Shown: piece by piece, positions 37,289 through 50,680 of the stretch
Layout: every line of letters begins with the position of its first letter
Numbering within the stretch: the stretch's first letter is position 1
NCBI GenBank assembly: GCA_028534125.1
Contig: CM052816.1
Coordinates: 20,834,001-20,898,000 of the forward strand
Length of the DNA stretch: 64,000 nt
Source: Lama glama
Lineage: Eukaryota
Reading direction: 5' to 3'
The notes under the pieces: generated by a model
What the model saw: only the letters and a program-made list of their open reading frames with translations
What the model was told of the DNA's origin: nothing
Database searches by the model: none
Position numbers and translations under genes: made by a program

Positions 37289-38240
37289 TATGGCAGATAC
37301 CTTTGCTTTCCCAAAAGCTACTCCTGCTTCTTTCCTAACAGAATCTAAACTTTGTAGAGTAATGTCTTCAGCCCAGATCTAAGACAACCATGGTAGTGCT
37401 TTTATTGTTTGCCAGTGTTGGGTCTAGGAGTAGGCATTTGACTTAAACCAGGTAAAGGAAAGTCTGCTTGAGACTTTAAGCTCTGGAAAGAGAAAGCTCT
37501 TAAGAAGAAATCCCTTTTGCTCCTAACACTTTTCCTTCCTCCTTGGGGTTTTATCAAATAATGATGTGATGCTTGGAGCTACGGCAGCAATTTTGGACCT
37601 TGAGGCACATATTTTCAGTACACTGGGAAACAGAAATCACCTGAGCTCTTGATGGTATCACTGAGTCACTGCTCCAGCCTGCATAGTCTTTCCTCTAAAT
37701 GTGCATCTGAACACATAAGGTATCCATCATTTATGGCTGGCTGACAACTTTTTAATAACCCCATAATATTTTGGCAGTTTCACACGAGTCTTACCTTCCT
37801 GTACTAGGAATCCAAAGAGTCACTTATCAGACTTCCTTATTGCTAGACTGCAGACATGTGTCCCAAATTCTACCAGTGTGACTCACTCACATGGGACCTG
37901 GATTCAGAAGGGAGAGGTGACATGACAGCCATGTGCAAAGAGCTGAGTGTCCAAGTACTGTGCTGTTGGAGGCAACTCGTCCTCCTGGAGAATCTGTGGC
38001 AGAGCTTCTGAGTCCAAAACCTGGGAGTCATTAAAGCAAAGCAGCAAGAAGTGGCAGCAGTAGTGCTGCACTGAAAAGTCCCACAATGGGACAGAGCACC
38101 AGTCCTAGCTGCACTGTTCCCGGCAGTCGTATCTGAGCCTAGTTCTCTGCATCAACATCCCAACCCCCCCCCCAGATAAAGCTGTTCAACTGTGTAAAGA
38201 TTTACATATCCCCAGTGGATTCTTTCATTTGCAGACAAGA
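37289..38240 (+). mobile_element. MLT1 (G/H-like) LTR(s), probably nested
   Basis: gatgtgatgcttggagctacggcagcaattttg; cttattgctagactgcagacatgtg; MLT1-like terminus near 38230. Confidence 0.55.
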
Positions 38241-38509
38241 GCCCAAACCTCTAATTCTACCTCTAACAATCTATTCCAAAGAAAATAATACAAAATCTAG
38301 AAAGAGCCTTATACTTAAAGATGACTGTTGCTGTATTAACTACAATGGTGAAAAAAATTTTTAAACAAGTTAAATGTCCCACAATAAGAAAATTATTCAT
38401 TTGTAATAAACCACCTGAAATTATAAAATGTATGTAAGAATATGGAAAAATACTAAGATAATAATGCAATAGAAGAAAATCATATGTAGTTTGACCACAG
38501 CCATATTAA

Positions 38510-39015
38510 TAGCAGAGTCCCAGAAATATTTCCCCTAATTTGTCCAACAAGTACTTCCTATGGCAAACACCATGAGGCTGTCTGCACAGCCCATAAGCCA
38601 TGCTATCTTCCCTGAGAGTCTGCCTTCCCACACCACAAGCATGGGTCCTGGCAGCCATATCTGTGCCTCATGACTCCCACTCCCTTCCCACAATTGACTA
38701 GCCCTGGGGAGACTACCTGAGCCAAGTTGAGTCAGTGAGACTCTTCTCCAAGTGTGTGAACTCAGAATGTTAATTTCCTCACATGACTAGAACTGAGTGC
38801 CAAGTCGAGGGGTACAGGACAGAGAGCAGGAGATGGAGAGAAGGAAGAAAGGCAGGGGGAGAGAGCGAGCAACTTTCTAGATTCCAGTCTCAGCCCATTC
38901 CTGAGTCCCAGCTTTCTCCCTGTCTTTGGATTCTGAAAGAAATTCCTATGTCCTTATAATGATTTGAGGCCATTAACTAGTTTGAGTGGGCTTCTGTTCC
39001 TCAGAATCAAAGATG
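38510..39015 (+). mobile_element. MLT1K-like LTR
   Basis: cctgagccaagttgagtcagtgagactc..ttaactagtttgagtgggcttctgttcc. Confidence 0.55.
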
Positions 39016-40721
39016 GTTTTCCTAGCACATTTCTAAAGGTGAACCTCAAGATGCCATGGATCTGAGGGCCCATCACCCTCAGCCTCCCTGACTTCTCTTC
39101 TGTCCACTTTCACCTTCCCAGAGTCTGAATCTTGTACCTCAGACTACATAGCCAAGCCAAAGTCACCCCAAGCAAGGTTAGCCAAACCAGCCTGGAGACC
39201 AAGGAGGATGGGAATGAGGAGTCTAAGGTAACGAATGGACTTGTTTTTACCAGAAGGAGCCAGGAGTTGCTTAAAGGGCCTTGGCCAGAGCCAGAAGGAA
39301 CAGTGAAGGAAGAAAGACAGTCTGGAGATAGCGCACTATGAAGAGAAAGGAGAGATCTGAGCAGTTGCTAGAAGAGCCAGTCTTCAAGGATGGAAATGGA
39401 TAAAAAAGAATATTTGGGAAGTCTGCTGATAATTCCTGGTTGTAGGTCCCATTAGCAAAATCTTCAGCAAAGCTGTTCATTACCCCCATCAAGGCTTTGG
39501 GAGACTTGTTCATTTCTTTTTGCTGCTTAATTGTGTTGAGACTGTCTTCATGAAAAGAAGTCCAGTTGTTTTTTGGTTTTTTTTTTCCTGATTTCACAGG
39601 GGGCAAAAGTCGATCTTTCCACTACTTAAGAGCATGGAGGATAAGATTTGGTGGTTGTGATCCTAAAAATGAGAGGAAAGAGAGCACAGAAAGGTTTGTG
39701 CGTTTTCTGAGAAAAGTGCTGCTGGCAAGTGCACATTCTGGTAACTCCCCAGAGTGCAGAACGAGCTGTGGTGTGCAGAAAAGGCCCCATCGTCCTTCTG
39801 CACCATTTGCAACAAAACCTCTCCAGGAATCCTGCTTGAAATGTAATTCAGTTAATAGTGATGAGTTGACTGCTGATCAGGATGATTAAAGCCTTTGCTG
39901 ATGCAGAAAATTTGGAACTTCGAAAGGACCAGAACTGGCATGTTTCCCCCAACAGCCCTGGGCAGTGAACCTGGGCAGTGATGCAGCCCAACCAGGATAG
40001 AGGAGTCAGGTCTCCCCCACACACCCTCATGGCCCCTGTCACTAAGAAGACAAAGAGCTTCCCATCCCATCATCCATGCCTGTCCCCTAACCCTAACCCC
40101 AAAGGAGACAGGCTTTCCCTGTGGCCTTCTAGGATGGCAGAGAAAGGAGATTAGGCTATCAGAGAAAATGCTTTCTGGAAGGTCCACATCTGCATTTATG
40201 AAGGCAGTTATTACACTCCCAAGTGGGTCAGGAATAAGGTCCTAAAAAGGAATTTCTTTTTGTCTTGTCTCCCCTATCCCAAGAACTCAGAATCCTTTCA
40301 CACACTTTCTCCTCCCTGCTTCTCAGTCACACTCTTGATTCCGTCATCATTTGGAAAGTCTTATGAGGTTTGTATAGAAGATGATTGACCTATCATTAAG
40401 AATTCAAAAAAAAAAAGAATTGTCCACAAGCAGTCTAACAGACATACCATACTCTGTACCCCATACACATCATGTCCTAGCCTGCCCTCTAAAACCGATA
40501 GGGGTGACCTATCAGGAGCTGACAGTTGTAATTAGGCAGAGACTTAATTAGCATAGCCATAGCAATGAGAACTCGCTGGAGAATCCAACAAAAGCCTGGA
40601 GGATTTCCAGACATGACTGCACAAAACACAAGAGAGGGGAGAGAAATGGGCCACGTGCTGACCATAAGATGTGGTGTCTTCAATAGCCCTTGACCAATGC
40701 TTGTGCTGGAAAGAACCCCTT

Positions 40722-41035
40722 CATTCATCCTCTCTCCATCCTCCATCAACCCACCACCCAATTATCCATCCACTTAATCATCCTCTTCCTTTCATCCATT
40801 ACTTCTATTTATGCATCCATCCACCCATCCTCCCTTTAGCTATCCATCCACAGATTCACCAGCCTCTTTTTCATCCAGCCTTTTATTCATCCATCTTCTC
40901 ACCCAACCATCCATCTTTTCATCTCTCTGAGCTCCATCCAGCCAACCATTCACTCCACCACAATGTTTTCCATCTCTAGGTTCATTTATATCCTCAAAAA
41001 AACATCCTGTCACACATCCACTCACCCATCTACCT
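40722..41035. repeat. degenerate (CCAT)n simple repeat
   Basis: Repeated catcc/tcca units over ~310 bp. Confidence 0.85.
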
Positions 41036-41447
41036 AACGGCCTACTGCATGCAGGATCCATGTCAGTTTCTGCAGCTGCAGAAATGAATATGAGCTGCTC
41101 TCCACCCAGAAAGACCTCTTGGTCCAGTGAAGAGGGGCCTTTACGAATAAAGCCCATGCAGTGAGCTCCCCTGGAGACCTAAATGTATTCTCTGTCTGGG
41201 ATCTCCAAGCAGCATATTCTGGTTGCCCTACCCTGCCAGCCCCATCACAGTCCGGCCCAGGGATGGTTTCCTGGCAGACCCAGAAGGCAGAACAGGGGAG
41301 CAACATTCCATGTGGAGCTGTCAAGAACTGAGCCCTTGGCCTCCCCAAGCCACACTGCTCAAGTGCCTGACCAGGCAAGAGGGGGTTCTCTTTACAAGGT
41401 ACGCAAGGCCCCTCACCAATGTTGCTTCCTCCCTTCAGCCTTTAGAC

Positions 41448-41745
41448 CCATGCTGTCCAGTCAAAATACAGATCACATATTGAATACTAAATTATCTAAT
41501 GGTCACATTAAAAAGTTTTTTTAATGAGATTAATTTTAATATATTTTACTTAACATCATATATCTAAAGTATTATCATCCCCATATGTACTCAGTATAAA
41601 AATTATTGAGATGGTTAACTTTTTATGTACTGAATCTTCAAAACCCAGTGTGTATTTTATATGTATAGCACATCTGAATTCAGATGAGCCCCATTTCCAG
41701 TGCTCAATAGCCACATGCAGCTAGCACCTGCCATATTTTAAGGCC
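41448..41745. mobile_element. MER33 (hAT-Charlie) MITE
   Basis: tgctgtcca..cacattaaaaag..aattttaatatatttt..cagtgtgtatttt..gtgctcaatagccacatg. Confidence 0.85.
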
Positions 41746-44229
41746 AGACCAAGACACGAGCCACCCTAGTAATTGGGGACCCTTTTAAGTTGATATTTGC
41801 TAAGTATTTACTAAGGGGTTAATCAGAAGATTAGCTAAGCACTGTGACAAGAAGGGCAGGAAAGCAAAGATGATACTCACAACCCCTCTTCCACTGTCCT
41901 GAGCAATTGAGGTCCATCCCCAAACCAGCACACCTTCTCCGCAAAACCCAGCCCTGCACTTGCCAGACTGGCCCCCTCCAGACACAAGCCACACTCAGTT
42001 ACTTAACTGTGCCCCTTGGAAGTCTGTCCCCACCCACTTCTTAGGAGCCCCTTAAGGTAATTTCTCCCAACCACAGGGAGTGAGATCTGTCATCAACAGC
42101 TCTCTCCACGTTCAGGATTCTGTTAGATCCTCTCAGAGATGGTGTTCTGGGATGCTTTGCAGCCGACCCACCTCTTAACTAGCTTCATCCCTGCTCAGAT
42201 TCCATCTTCTCTCTTCAGGTGAATTCTCTCTTCTCCAGGACCAGTAGATGAGGCTGAATACACAGATATTGGTGTCCAGGACAGCGACTGCCCAATTCTT
42301 GCGTATTTGGGGATCTTATGGCTTCAATGAAACTTAGCAGCAGCCTAAGGGGTTAGAAGGGCTGTCTTACTCTAGAGATGAAGACACAGAGGCTGAGAGG
42401 CTGAGTGTCTTACCCATAGTTATACAGGGTCCCAGTAAAAGTGATGCAGCAGGTTAGATCCCAGACTGCCCACTGCTGCTGCCCATCCCCCTCACACTTC
42501 CCCACAGGCAGCCTTTCTAGACTGGGTGACTGGGCAGAGGAGAGGGGTCTCAAAAAGTCTCCTCCAAGGTCCCAGACTCATCCCACCCCCAAGGCAGGCC
42601 CATGAAGAGGAGCCCTCACCAAACTGTCCCACCTTCCCCCATCCCATCTCCCAGAAATAGCTCACCCTGGAAAACACAGCCTGCAGGTTGCCTTCAACAA
42701 GCTCCAGGACTTCACACCTCTGTGCCTCTGCCCATGTGGCTCCTTCTGCCTGTCACGTTCTTCCTCCCCTTTTCTGCTCAGAAAAGTCATACCACCTTCA
42801 ATGCTCGGCCAAAGCTGAGCTCAGGGAAGCCTTCCGTGACAGCCCCAAGCAGAATGACTGCTCCACCTGCATTTTTTCCAATGAGCAATAAATATACTTG
42901 TCAGGTCTATGCCCCACCACACTGGCCTCCCGAAAAAGCACATGTGGAAATTGAAACCAAAACAATGCCCAACAAGCAGGGAACTGACACACAGTGAGGA
43001 CTCAGAAATGTTCATTAAATAGCCAGGTGGGAAGCTGACAGTGCACTAAGAGCCCGTGTCACCAGTGGGCTATTGGGGCCCCCACTCCTAATCTCAGCCT
43101 CTACCCATTTCTCTGGAACCTTATGTGCCTGTGGGCCCCCCAGTCTGGGTGCAGTAGGGCCACTAGGAAACCCCTGCACACACATTCATAGGCAGAGCCC
43201 CTCCTGGGTCCCAGCTTCCATCTTTAATTCTGTCCCCTGGGCAGATTTCTCAGGGAAGATGCTACAGATGTAACATCTCCCCCTTCCCACCCACACACTC
43301 AAAGGAACATCCTCCTGGTTCTAGATGTCAAAATTCACAGGTAATTTAGTTTGCTCAAGAGCATATTGGGAGATTATTTATCTGTGTTCTTAGAAAATGA
43401 AAGCCATAGTAGATCTTGCTAATTATATTACCCCACTGAGAGGCAGAAATAATCCTGAAGATGGCAAGTTAAACCACTACTTTGTAATTTACTAAAACAA
43501 AACTAATACCCAAAGAAATGTTTTCTCCACTGTTTTATAGTAATTTCACCATTAAACTGTCTTTGATCACAATTCATAACAATGAATGAAGAAAGGAAAA
43601 AGGATATCTTCACTCCGGCCAAGAAATTTATTTTTCTGAACACTAACAATTTTCCCCATAAGTAAAACACTGGGCATCCTTTCCAGAGTAGCCATAGCCC
43701 ACCTAAAATGATAACTGGGCATGAGCAGGGTCACACTGTGTAAGCCATCCTCCTTCCTCCCCAGAGAAAGCCACCAAGTCCTCTTGCTGGGACTGAAGCC
43801 TGGAGCAGCCCAGATCAGTTAGCATGGCACTGTGCCTCGTGCAGATTGCCAGAGAGCCTGGGACTTGGGGGTTCAGCATCTTTGACTTCAAAGTCTAGGC
43901 ATATTTATCTTAAAGGCTCTTGGCTGGGGTGGAGATCCAGCTCCCAGGTAGAGATGGACTCTGGGAGTGTCTAGACATCAAGCCACACAGAGGTCGGCCA
44001 CAGTCACTGAGGGAGGGAGGCAGGACCACTGACCATCTTCAGCCACAGCCTCCTGATACCTGGAAAACCCCTAGAAAACAATACCTACACATCTGAGTTC
44101 CAGAACCCCAAGGCCAGCAGCTCCACACAGCCTGGGATGGACAGTCAGAAAGGAAGGGGGAGCCCTGGGCACCTTGTTTAGTGGGGTGATCCCTCCCCAC
44201 TTACACCTCCCCTTAGGCCATCTCCCTCA

Positions 44230-45080
44230 GCCCTGTGGGTTCATTTCAGCATCACTGCAAAGTAACAGACATTTCAAACTCAACCATCCAAATCAGGGCT
44301 AGGGATTTTCTACACCAAACCTGACTTTCCCTACTTAATGGAGTGGGGACTCCATTCATCCAGTCATCCCACTGGGTAAGCCAGACACTGGGAGCCACCC
44401 TCAGCACCTCTTCACAACACATGCCCACCCCCTCCCAAGTCCTGATGATTCTACTTCTTCAGTGTCCTCTGCATCTCCATCTCCACCGCCTGGTCCAAGC
44501 CACCACTATCTTTCACCAGGACACCTGCAGTCATCCCCTAATTGGTTTCCTTAGTTCTGTTCTGGCTCCCAGGCAATCCATTCTCAATCAGGAGCCAAGG
44601 TCACTCACCCTTTGCTTAAAACCTTCAGTACTGTCCCACTGCTCTTATGATGAAAACCCCATTTCTGCCCCAGCCTTCATGGCTCTGCGTGGTCTGGCTC
44701 CTGCCTGCCTCTGCCATCCCACCTCCCACTACAGCCCCTTGCTCTCTGCACTCCAGACACCAGCCTTCATCTGAATTCACTTTGATCTTCCCTCCATAGG
44801 ACCCTTACCCTCTATGCACACTACACCTTTCTTGCTTAATTACCTCAAGGTTATCATTGAGGTCTCAGCTTAAACACACCTTCCCATCGTAGGAAGCCTT
44901 CCCTACTATGGACAGATCCCCTTACAGGTCTCATCCCAGTTTACAATAATGCTTTCATATGTGTGGTTATTAAATGCCTGCCCCTACACCCCAGAATTGA
45001 AGCTCCATGAGGGCAGTGACTATCGATTATGCTCATCACCACACCTCTAGTGAAGAATTATTATAGAGACGAGTAATGAA
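44230..45080 (+). mobile_element. L2 fragment
   Basis: gacatttcaaactcaac..ggtccaagccaccactatct..tgcttaaaaccttcagt..agctccatgagggcag. Confidence 0.8.
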
Positions 45081-46126
45081 TAGAGACAAGGTCAGGGTTC
45101 CAATGCCGTGGGCCAAGCACCTTTTCTCAAAGGAAGAATACTGTACTCTCTACATTACTCAGCCCAAATGTCAGCTGCCAAGGGACCTAGACTGACCCTT
45201 GACCATGAAAGCAAACTGACTCTTGATACCAGCCTGTCATTTATGCCTCCTTTGATTGAGAGGGTGTGAATGGATGGCTCAGGGCCACTTAAAGACACAC
45301 ACACCAGTGCTCTCCTCTGCACGCCCTTGAGGCACCAGTGACACTGTAAGAAAAGCAGCAATAGGCTTCTCTCTCAGAAGTTTGGGGTCCACTAAACCAA
45401 AACCACCTACCCATCCATGGGCAGCTCCATCTGCCCTTGTCTGTGCACACCCCACATGCAACCCTCAACCTGCAGGCCACTCAGCAGCCTTCAGAGTTGT
45501 TTCCCTCAACAATCCCCAGAAAAATCCATGTGCAAGGGGAGATCTTTCAAGGTTAAGCCTGGCTGGGCTCATGACCAGCAAGCTTGACAATATAGTAAAA
45601 TGAGCTTGGTGTCCACCCACTGAGACACTGAGGTGTCTCCCAGGAGAGGACTTGTCTTGAGAAAAAAATGACCATGCATGACAACTTAACCCAGAGGCCA
45701 AGCCTAGTTATGTGACCAGCTCTGTCCCTTATGATTCAACCTGGGTGCAATGAAGATGCAAGCAATAAATCAAAATCAAAAGCTCCTCTCCTACAAACAA
45801 GGAAGAGTGGCAGGAGGACAGCAGGTCAGCTGTACTACACCCCCTCAACTGAAGAAAATATGAAAAAGATGGACCTTTCTTTTACTTCTGTGTAAGTTCA
45901 GGATCACATGCTTGGATCTGAAATACCCAAGGAAGGGGCTCCAGGGAGAGATGACCATGCCTTCAGAACCAGTAGGAGGACCTCGCCCAAGTCAGCAGGA
46001 CCCAAGGGACCTACCAGAGCCCAGCATATGGGCCTGGAGCAAATGAGGAGGACACAACCCAGCCACCACCACAGTCCCTGACTCAACCTACTCATGCACA
46101 TAAAGGATGATCACAAAGTATCTGAG

Positions 46127-46230
46127 GTAGGAGGGTACAGCTCAGTGGTCCAGTGCATGCTTATCGTGCACAAGGTCCTGCATTCAATCCCCAGATAAAA
46201 AAAAAAAAGTTAATATAAAAAAGAAAGAAA
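46127..46230 (+). mobile_element. short Vic-1-type SINE (tRNA-like head + poly(A))
   Basis: ggagggtacagctcagtggtccagtgcatgcttatcgtgcacaaggtcctgcattcaatccccag + A-tail; TSD acaaa(g/a)tat(c/t)tgag at 46113-46126 and 46231-46244. Confidence 0.85.
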
Positions 46231-47929
46231 ACAAAATATTTGAGAACATGCTGGACACTGGTACCTGATGAGCTGAGAGTCAAAGAAATATGTGTGAGTA
46301 TCTGCCAGCCAGGATAGAGTTTAAATCCCCAGTTACTTTACAAAATTTGTAAAATCAAAGTGGTCCCCAGAGGCTCAGACTTTCCATATCTAAGTCCAGA
46401 GAGACAGGTTTATGGATCATTATTAAACTGCTGAGGAAAGGTATAAACCAGGAAACTATTAGACATAAATCACACAAATGAGGCTGTGGCCCCATCAGTA
46501 ACGAGGCGATTTGGACACAGACCAGCAGCACCTAAGCCTCAGGGATGGTGGTTCAGAGCAGACAAGAGGCAGGGAGGGTCAAGGCCTGAGCTTCACTCTT
46601 CTCACCCCAACCAGACCCACTTCGAACCCTCTGCCCTTGTACTTCAGGCTCAGGGGGCAGAAACTGTCTGGTTGATAGCAGGTACTGAGTAAACGTGGGG
46701 AGTGAAGGTCTGGTGCAGTTGGCACTTCTCAGAGCTGCCTTCTCAGATAAAGGTGTCCAGCCAGGCCATGGAGAAGGAGGAGAAGACCCCAAAAGAATTG
46801 TTCCCGGAACAGGCCAATGTCCTGGGGAGAGGAAGACATGATGTCAATGGAATCTGCCTGTGTTCGAGTTTGAGCTGAGACCCAAGCTCAGGATACTGTG
46901 AAGTAAGGCCCACACACTTCAAAGAGACCACCTCTGCCCACTTTTAAGATATGGCCAAGCAGGCCCTCCTTATCCACCCTGTTAACCGCCCTGCCTAGAG
47001 AAAGAAGGCCAGGGCTGTTAAGAGAATTTTTCAGAATAGGTAGAGAATTGTGTGGTGTTTCCTTCTCTGGGAGGAATTCTCTGCCCCCAAGTCTGTGTGG
47101 AAGCTTTGAGGGTGTCAGTGATGAGGGGCAGAGGTGCCACCCAGAGTGAGACTCCAGCTCACCTGCCTAAATATTTCCTAAACTGTGGAATCACAGGTCC
47201 TGGTATTGTGCGGGGAAGGGGAGAAGACAACAGAATTCCCACATCCATCTTACATACAAGACCTAGGCTCTCAGAGGTTACATGAACTATCCAGAATGAG
47301 GTACCCAAGTGGGCTCAGCTGCCTGTCTCACCTCCTGCCTACATGGCAGATGTCAACATCTTATATTCCCCCACATGGACTGGGCACACCCTGAGGGCAT
47401 TCCCCAAACTCCCCTGCACCCTTGTCCAAGTGCCCCCTCCCCACTGCTGTTCCAGGACCAAAGCACCAGACTGGGTTGGAGTGGACACCAGGGAAAGGCC
47501 AGGCCTTTTTCAGAGCCCATGGGAATCCTAGCACCAGAGGGGCGGGAACAAGGCAGACCTCCCCCTCCACGCTTCCCACCCCAGCTCTTTTGTTGGGACA
47601 GATAATCTTTGTGATGTACGAAGGGAAGAGAAGGCAAGGACCAGCCTGCCCTGCTGTTCCCACTCCCCACACACCCCCCACCACTGGTGACCAAGCCACT
47701 CTCCTGCTGTAGCGGAAGCTTGAGTTGGCAAGGAAGGACACCCTTTTATTTCACTTTATAAATTATTTTCCTGAGGGAAGGCATAAAATTGAACCAGAAT
47801 AGTTGAGTTTAAACAATTTGGAATGTTTTTATCTAGGAATGTCAGTGCAGAGTGAACAAAGTTCAGGCCCTGGAACAGGCCTCTTTCACCTGAAGCCCAG
47901 CTTGCTGCCCACTCAGATGGCCTTGGTAC

Positions 47930-48700
47930 TGTTGGTTTATTCAAGGAGCATTTATGGACCACCTGTGATACCCTGGGTGTGTCACAGCCACTGCAACACA
48001 GCAATGAACAGGTCAGACATGGTATCTGCCCTCCTGGAGCTTATAGCCTAATGGCTATGACACCAGCCAACAAGACAAGGACAGACTGTGATAATAAACA
48101 TAATAGCTTACATTTCCTAGGTGCTGACTCTAATGGTAGGCACTTTTCTCAGTATTTTACATGTATTAATTCACCTAATTCTAGAAGGAAAGTTTTATTA
48201 CTATCTCCACTTTACATAGGAGGCACAGAGGGATTAAAAAATGCATCCAAGGTCACACAGGCCCAGTAAATGGAGGGTCAGAAAAATAAACACAGTTGTG
48301 TCTGGTTTTAAGCCCTCTCTCTCAACCCTGTTACTCTGTATCTCTTGTGAGACGATGGTGGAGGAGACAAACAGAGTGACAGGAAATAGCAACCGGCAGG
48401 AGCCATTTTACTTAGAGGAGCTAAGGACAGCCTGTCTGAGGAGGGACAGAGACTGAGGAAGTGAGCCAGGAGCTTGGGAGCACCTGAGACAGCCTGCCAG
48501 GCAGCATAAACTGTGCACAAACCCCAGGTGCAAAACCAATCATGGGCGTGGTCAGGGAACGGAAGGAGGGCTACTGAGGCTGGAGTCCAGAGCAAGAGGA
48601 GGGCAGTGGGGACAACTGGAGCTGCAGGAGAGGCCAGATCCAGATCTCCCGTCAAAGAGGGAGGGTTTGATTCAAAGTACATGAAAAATCAGTCCAGGGT
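47930..48700 (-). mobile_element. L2 fragment with a MIR nested at ~48095-48330
   Basis: ttcaaggagcatttat..cagcaatgaacaggtcagacatggtatctgccctcctggagctta; MIR tacatgtattaattcacctaatt..ccaaggtcacacag. Confidence 0.7.
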
Positions 48701-49379
48701 AAGCCGAGCATGCGCTGAGCCAGGTGAGTGAGGCTCTGACTTCCACTGGTGGAAGCAGGGGGAAGGGCGGGGCCCTGACCCTGAGTGCCATTTCCTCATA
48801 TGCCGGGGAGTGGGGGGCCTGGCACTTTCTGGGCCCTTGGGGCTAAGGGCCCTCACATAAGATAAAGCCTATTGTTGATGGAGAATGGTATAGAGCCCGC
48901 CCCAGTGTGAGAGACGGAGCGCAGGTTCCCTTCTCCAGTGAGACTGGAGCCCCTGCTACCAGTGAAGGTACCTCAGAATCCAGCTGGTGGACAATGTGGC
49001 CCAAGCTCCCTGCCAAGCTGGCCCCTCTTGCCACCCATTTCCCATTTGGGGTAAAAACTGTCTTTTCACTCCCAGACCTGCAAGTACCTGAAAACTAATT
49101 ACAACCACAGTCCTGTGCTGTGAGATCCAAGGTTTTCTTTGGTAGTTTAGAGGTAAGGTCAGAAAAATACAGAATGTATACAGATCACAGGGAAATCTGG
49201 GATGCATTTTCTGGCCTCAGCCCATCCTCACTGCCTGTGCTACATGCTGACAGGGTTTGTCTCCTCAATCACCCCAAGTACATTAAGGCACTGAGCCTAG
49301 GAGACATGAAGGTGGAGGAACAGGGCTCAGGAAACAATCGTTCCCTTAATGTGAATAAACATATTCATTACAATAAAAC

Positions 49380-49535
49380 TGACATTCACTGAGCCAGGCA
49401 CTTACTGAGCACGCTTCATCTAATTCTCACAAACAGGTTCTTACGCCTGTTTTGTGGAAGAGGAGAAAGAGCCTCAGAGAGGGTGAGTGGTGTTCCCAAG
49501 GTCACAGAGACAGGATCTGAACTGACTCCAGAATC
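49380..49535 (-). mobile_element. MIR SINE
   Basis: atctaattctcacaaac..gcctcagagagggtgagtggtgttcccaaggtcacag. Confidence 0.7.
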
Positions 49536-50524
49536 TGTATTGTTTATGCCTCACCTAGAGGATCTTTTCACAACCGAGACCCAGGTGCATATACCTCACA
49601 CTGAAGGCCAATATGCCTCATGTCACCTGAGGAATAAGAAAGAGTTAACGTTTATTTAGCACTTAATAGGTGCTAAGTGACACGCACTATCTTGTTTGTG
49701 AAATGGGTTAAGGAGACAATCTACCTGCAAGGGTTAAACAAGATAGTGTGCCCTGGAGCAGACTGAAGTCAGGAATTTCTCACCACCAAGGAGGCCACAT
49801 TGGAGCTCCCAGTCATGATGGGAAAAGTTGAGCCTGTCTCCAGCCCAGGCTAGGAACAGCTGTGAATTGCCCCAGTTCCAGCTCATCCAGACAGGTCCAG
49901 ATGAGCTGTGTCAAGGCCAATGGGCCAAAAGAGAAGCCCCAAGCCAGCACCTCCCTCTCCCCTACAGCACCTCCAATCTTGGTGAGCAGGCCTGCAGACC
50001 TGTTGGGTCCCTGCCATCCCTGTGTCCTGGGAACACCCCACCAAGTAGACACAGAGAGGAACCCCAGGACACAGGACATTGAGGACCACCTCCCTCAGTT
50101 CCCCTGCACCCAACCACAGCTCCTTCTGGGCCTTGCTCAGCACCTCCACTCCTATAGGAGTTAAAGTAAGGTGGCTAGGCCGGAAAGTAGATGAAGGGCC
50201 TGAGCAAACCACTAGGGGAGCAACATGACAGCTAGGAGAAGGCCTCGATAAGCCAGGAGGGGCCCTGCAATACAGATGGACAGCAGTGTGCAGTCGGCAC
50301 CTTCTCACTCTCCAACACAGGCCCACACCTACCTTAAGGAAGATAGCCACGTGGAACCATGAGTGAAGCAACTTTCTACCCACCAAACTCAGTGCCCTCA
50401 AATGCTCCTGCAGACAGCCATCTGCCCCCCAGCTCTTTCATTCAGCCTTCTCTCTTCACTTTCCTGTACTAATATCCCACTTATGGGGATCTCTGTGTTC
50501 CTAGAATGCTATATTCTTGTTACT

Positions 50525-50680
50525 CATCATCATCCCAGCAGGCAGGACTATTATCATCTCCATTACACAGATGAGAAAACTAAGGCACAGAAAACTGAAA
50601 TATTTTGCCCAGAGTCACCCAGCAGGTGTATGGTAGGGTTGGGACCGAGGTCAGACCTATCCAGTTCCAAAGCCTTCTAC
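50525..50680 (-). mobile_element. MIR SINE
   Basis: tattatcatctccattacacagatgagaaaactaaggcacag..ttgcccagagtcacccagc. Confidence 0.8.

Noticed and set aside
40722..41035. His/Pro-rich ORF 40671-40979 and a possible repeat array
   Set aside because: Translation of a degenerate (CCAT)n microsatellite; no repeat-spacer structure, and no CRISPR array anywhere in this eukaryotic window.
48755..48845. G-rich stretch with a GC box, possible G-quadruplex or promoter
   Set aside because: G-tracts are irregularly spaced, there is no CpG island, and no downstream exon evidence.
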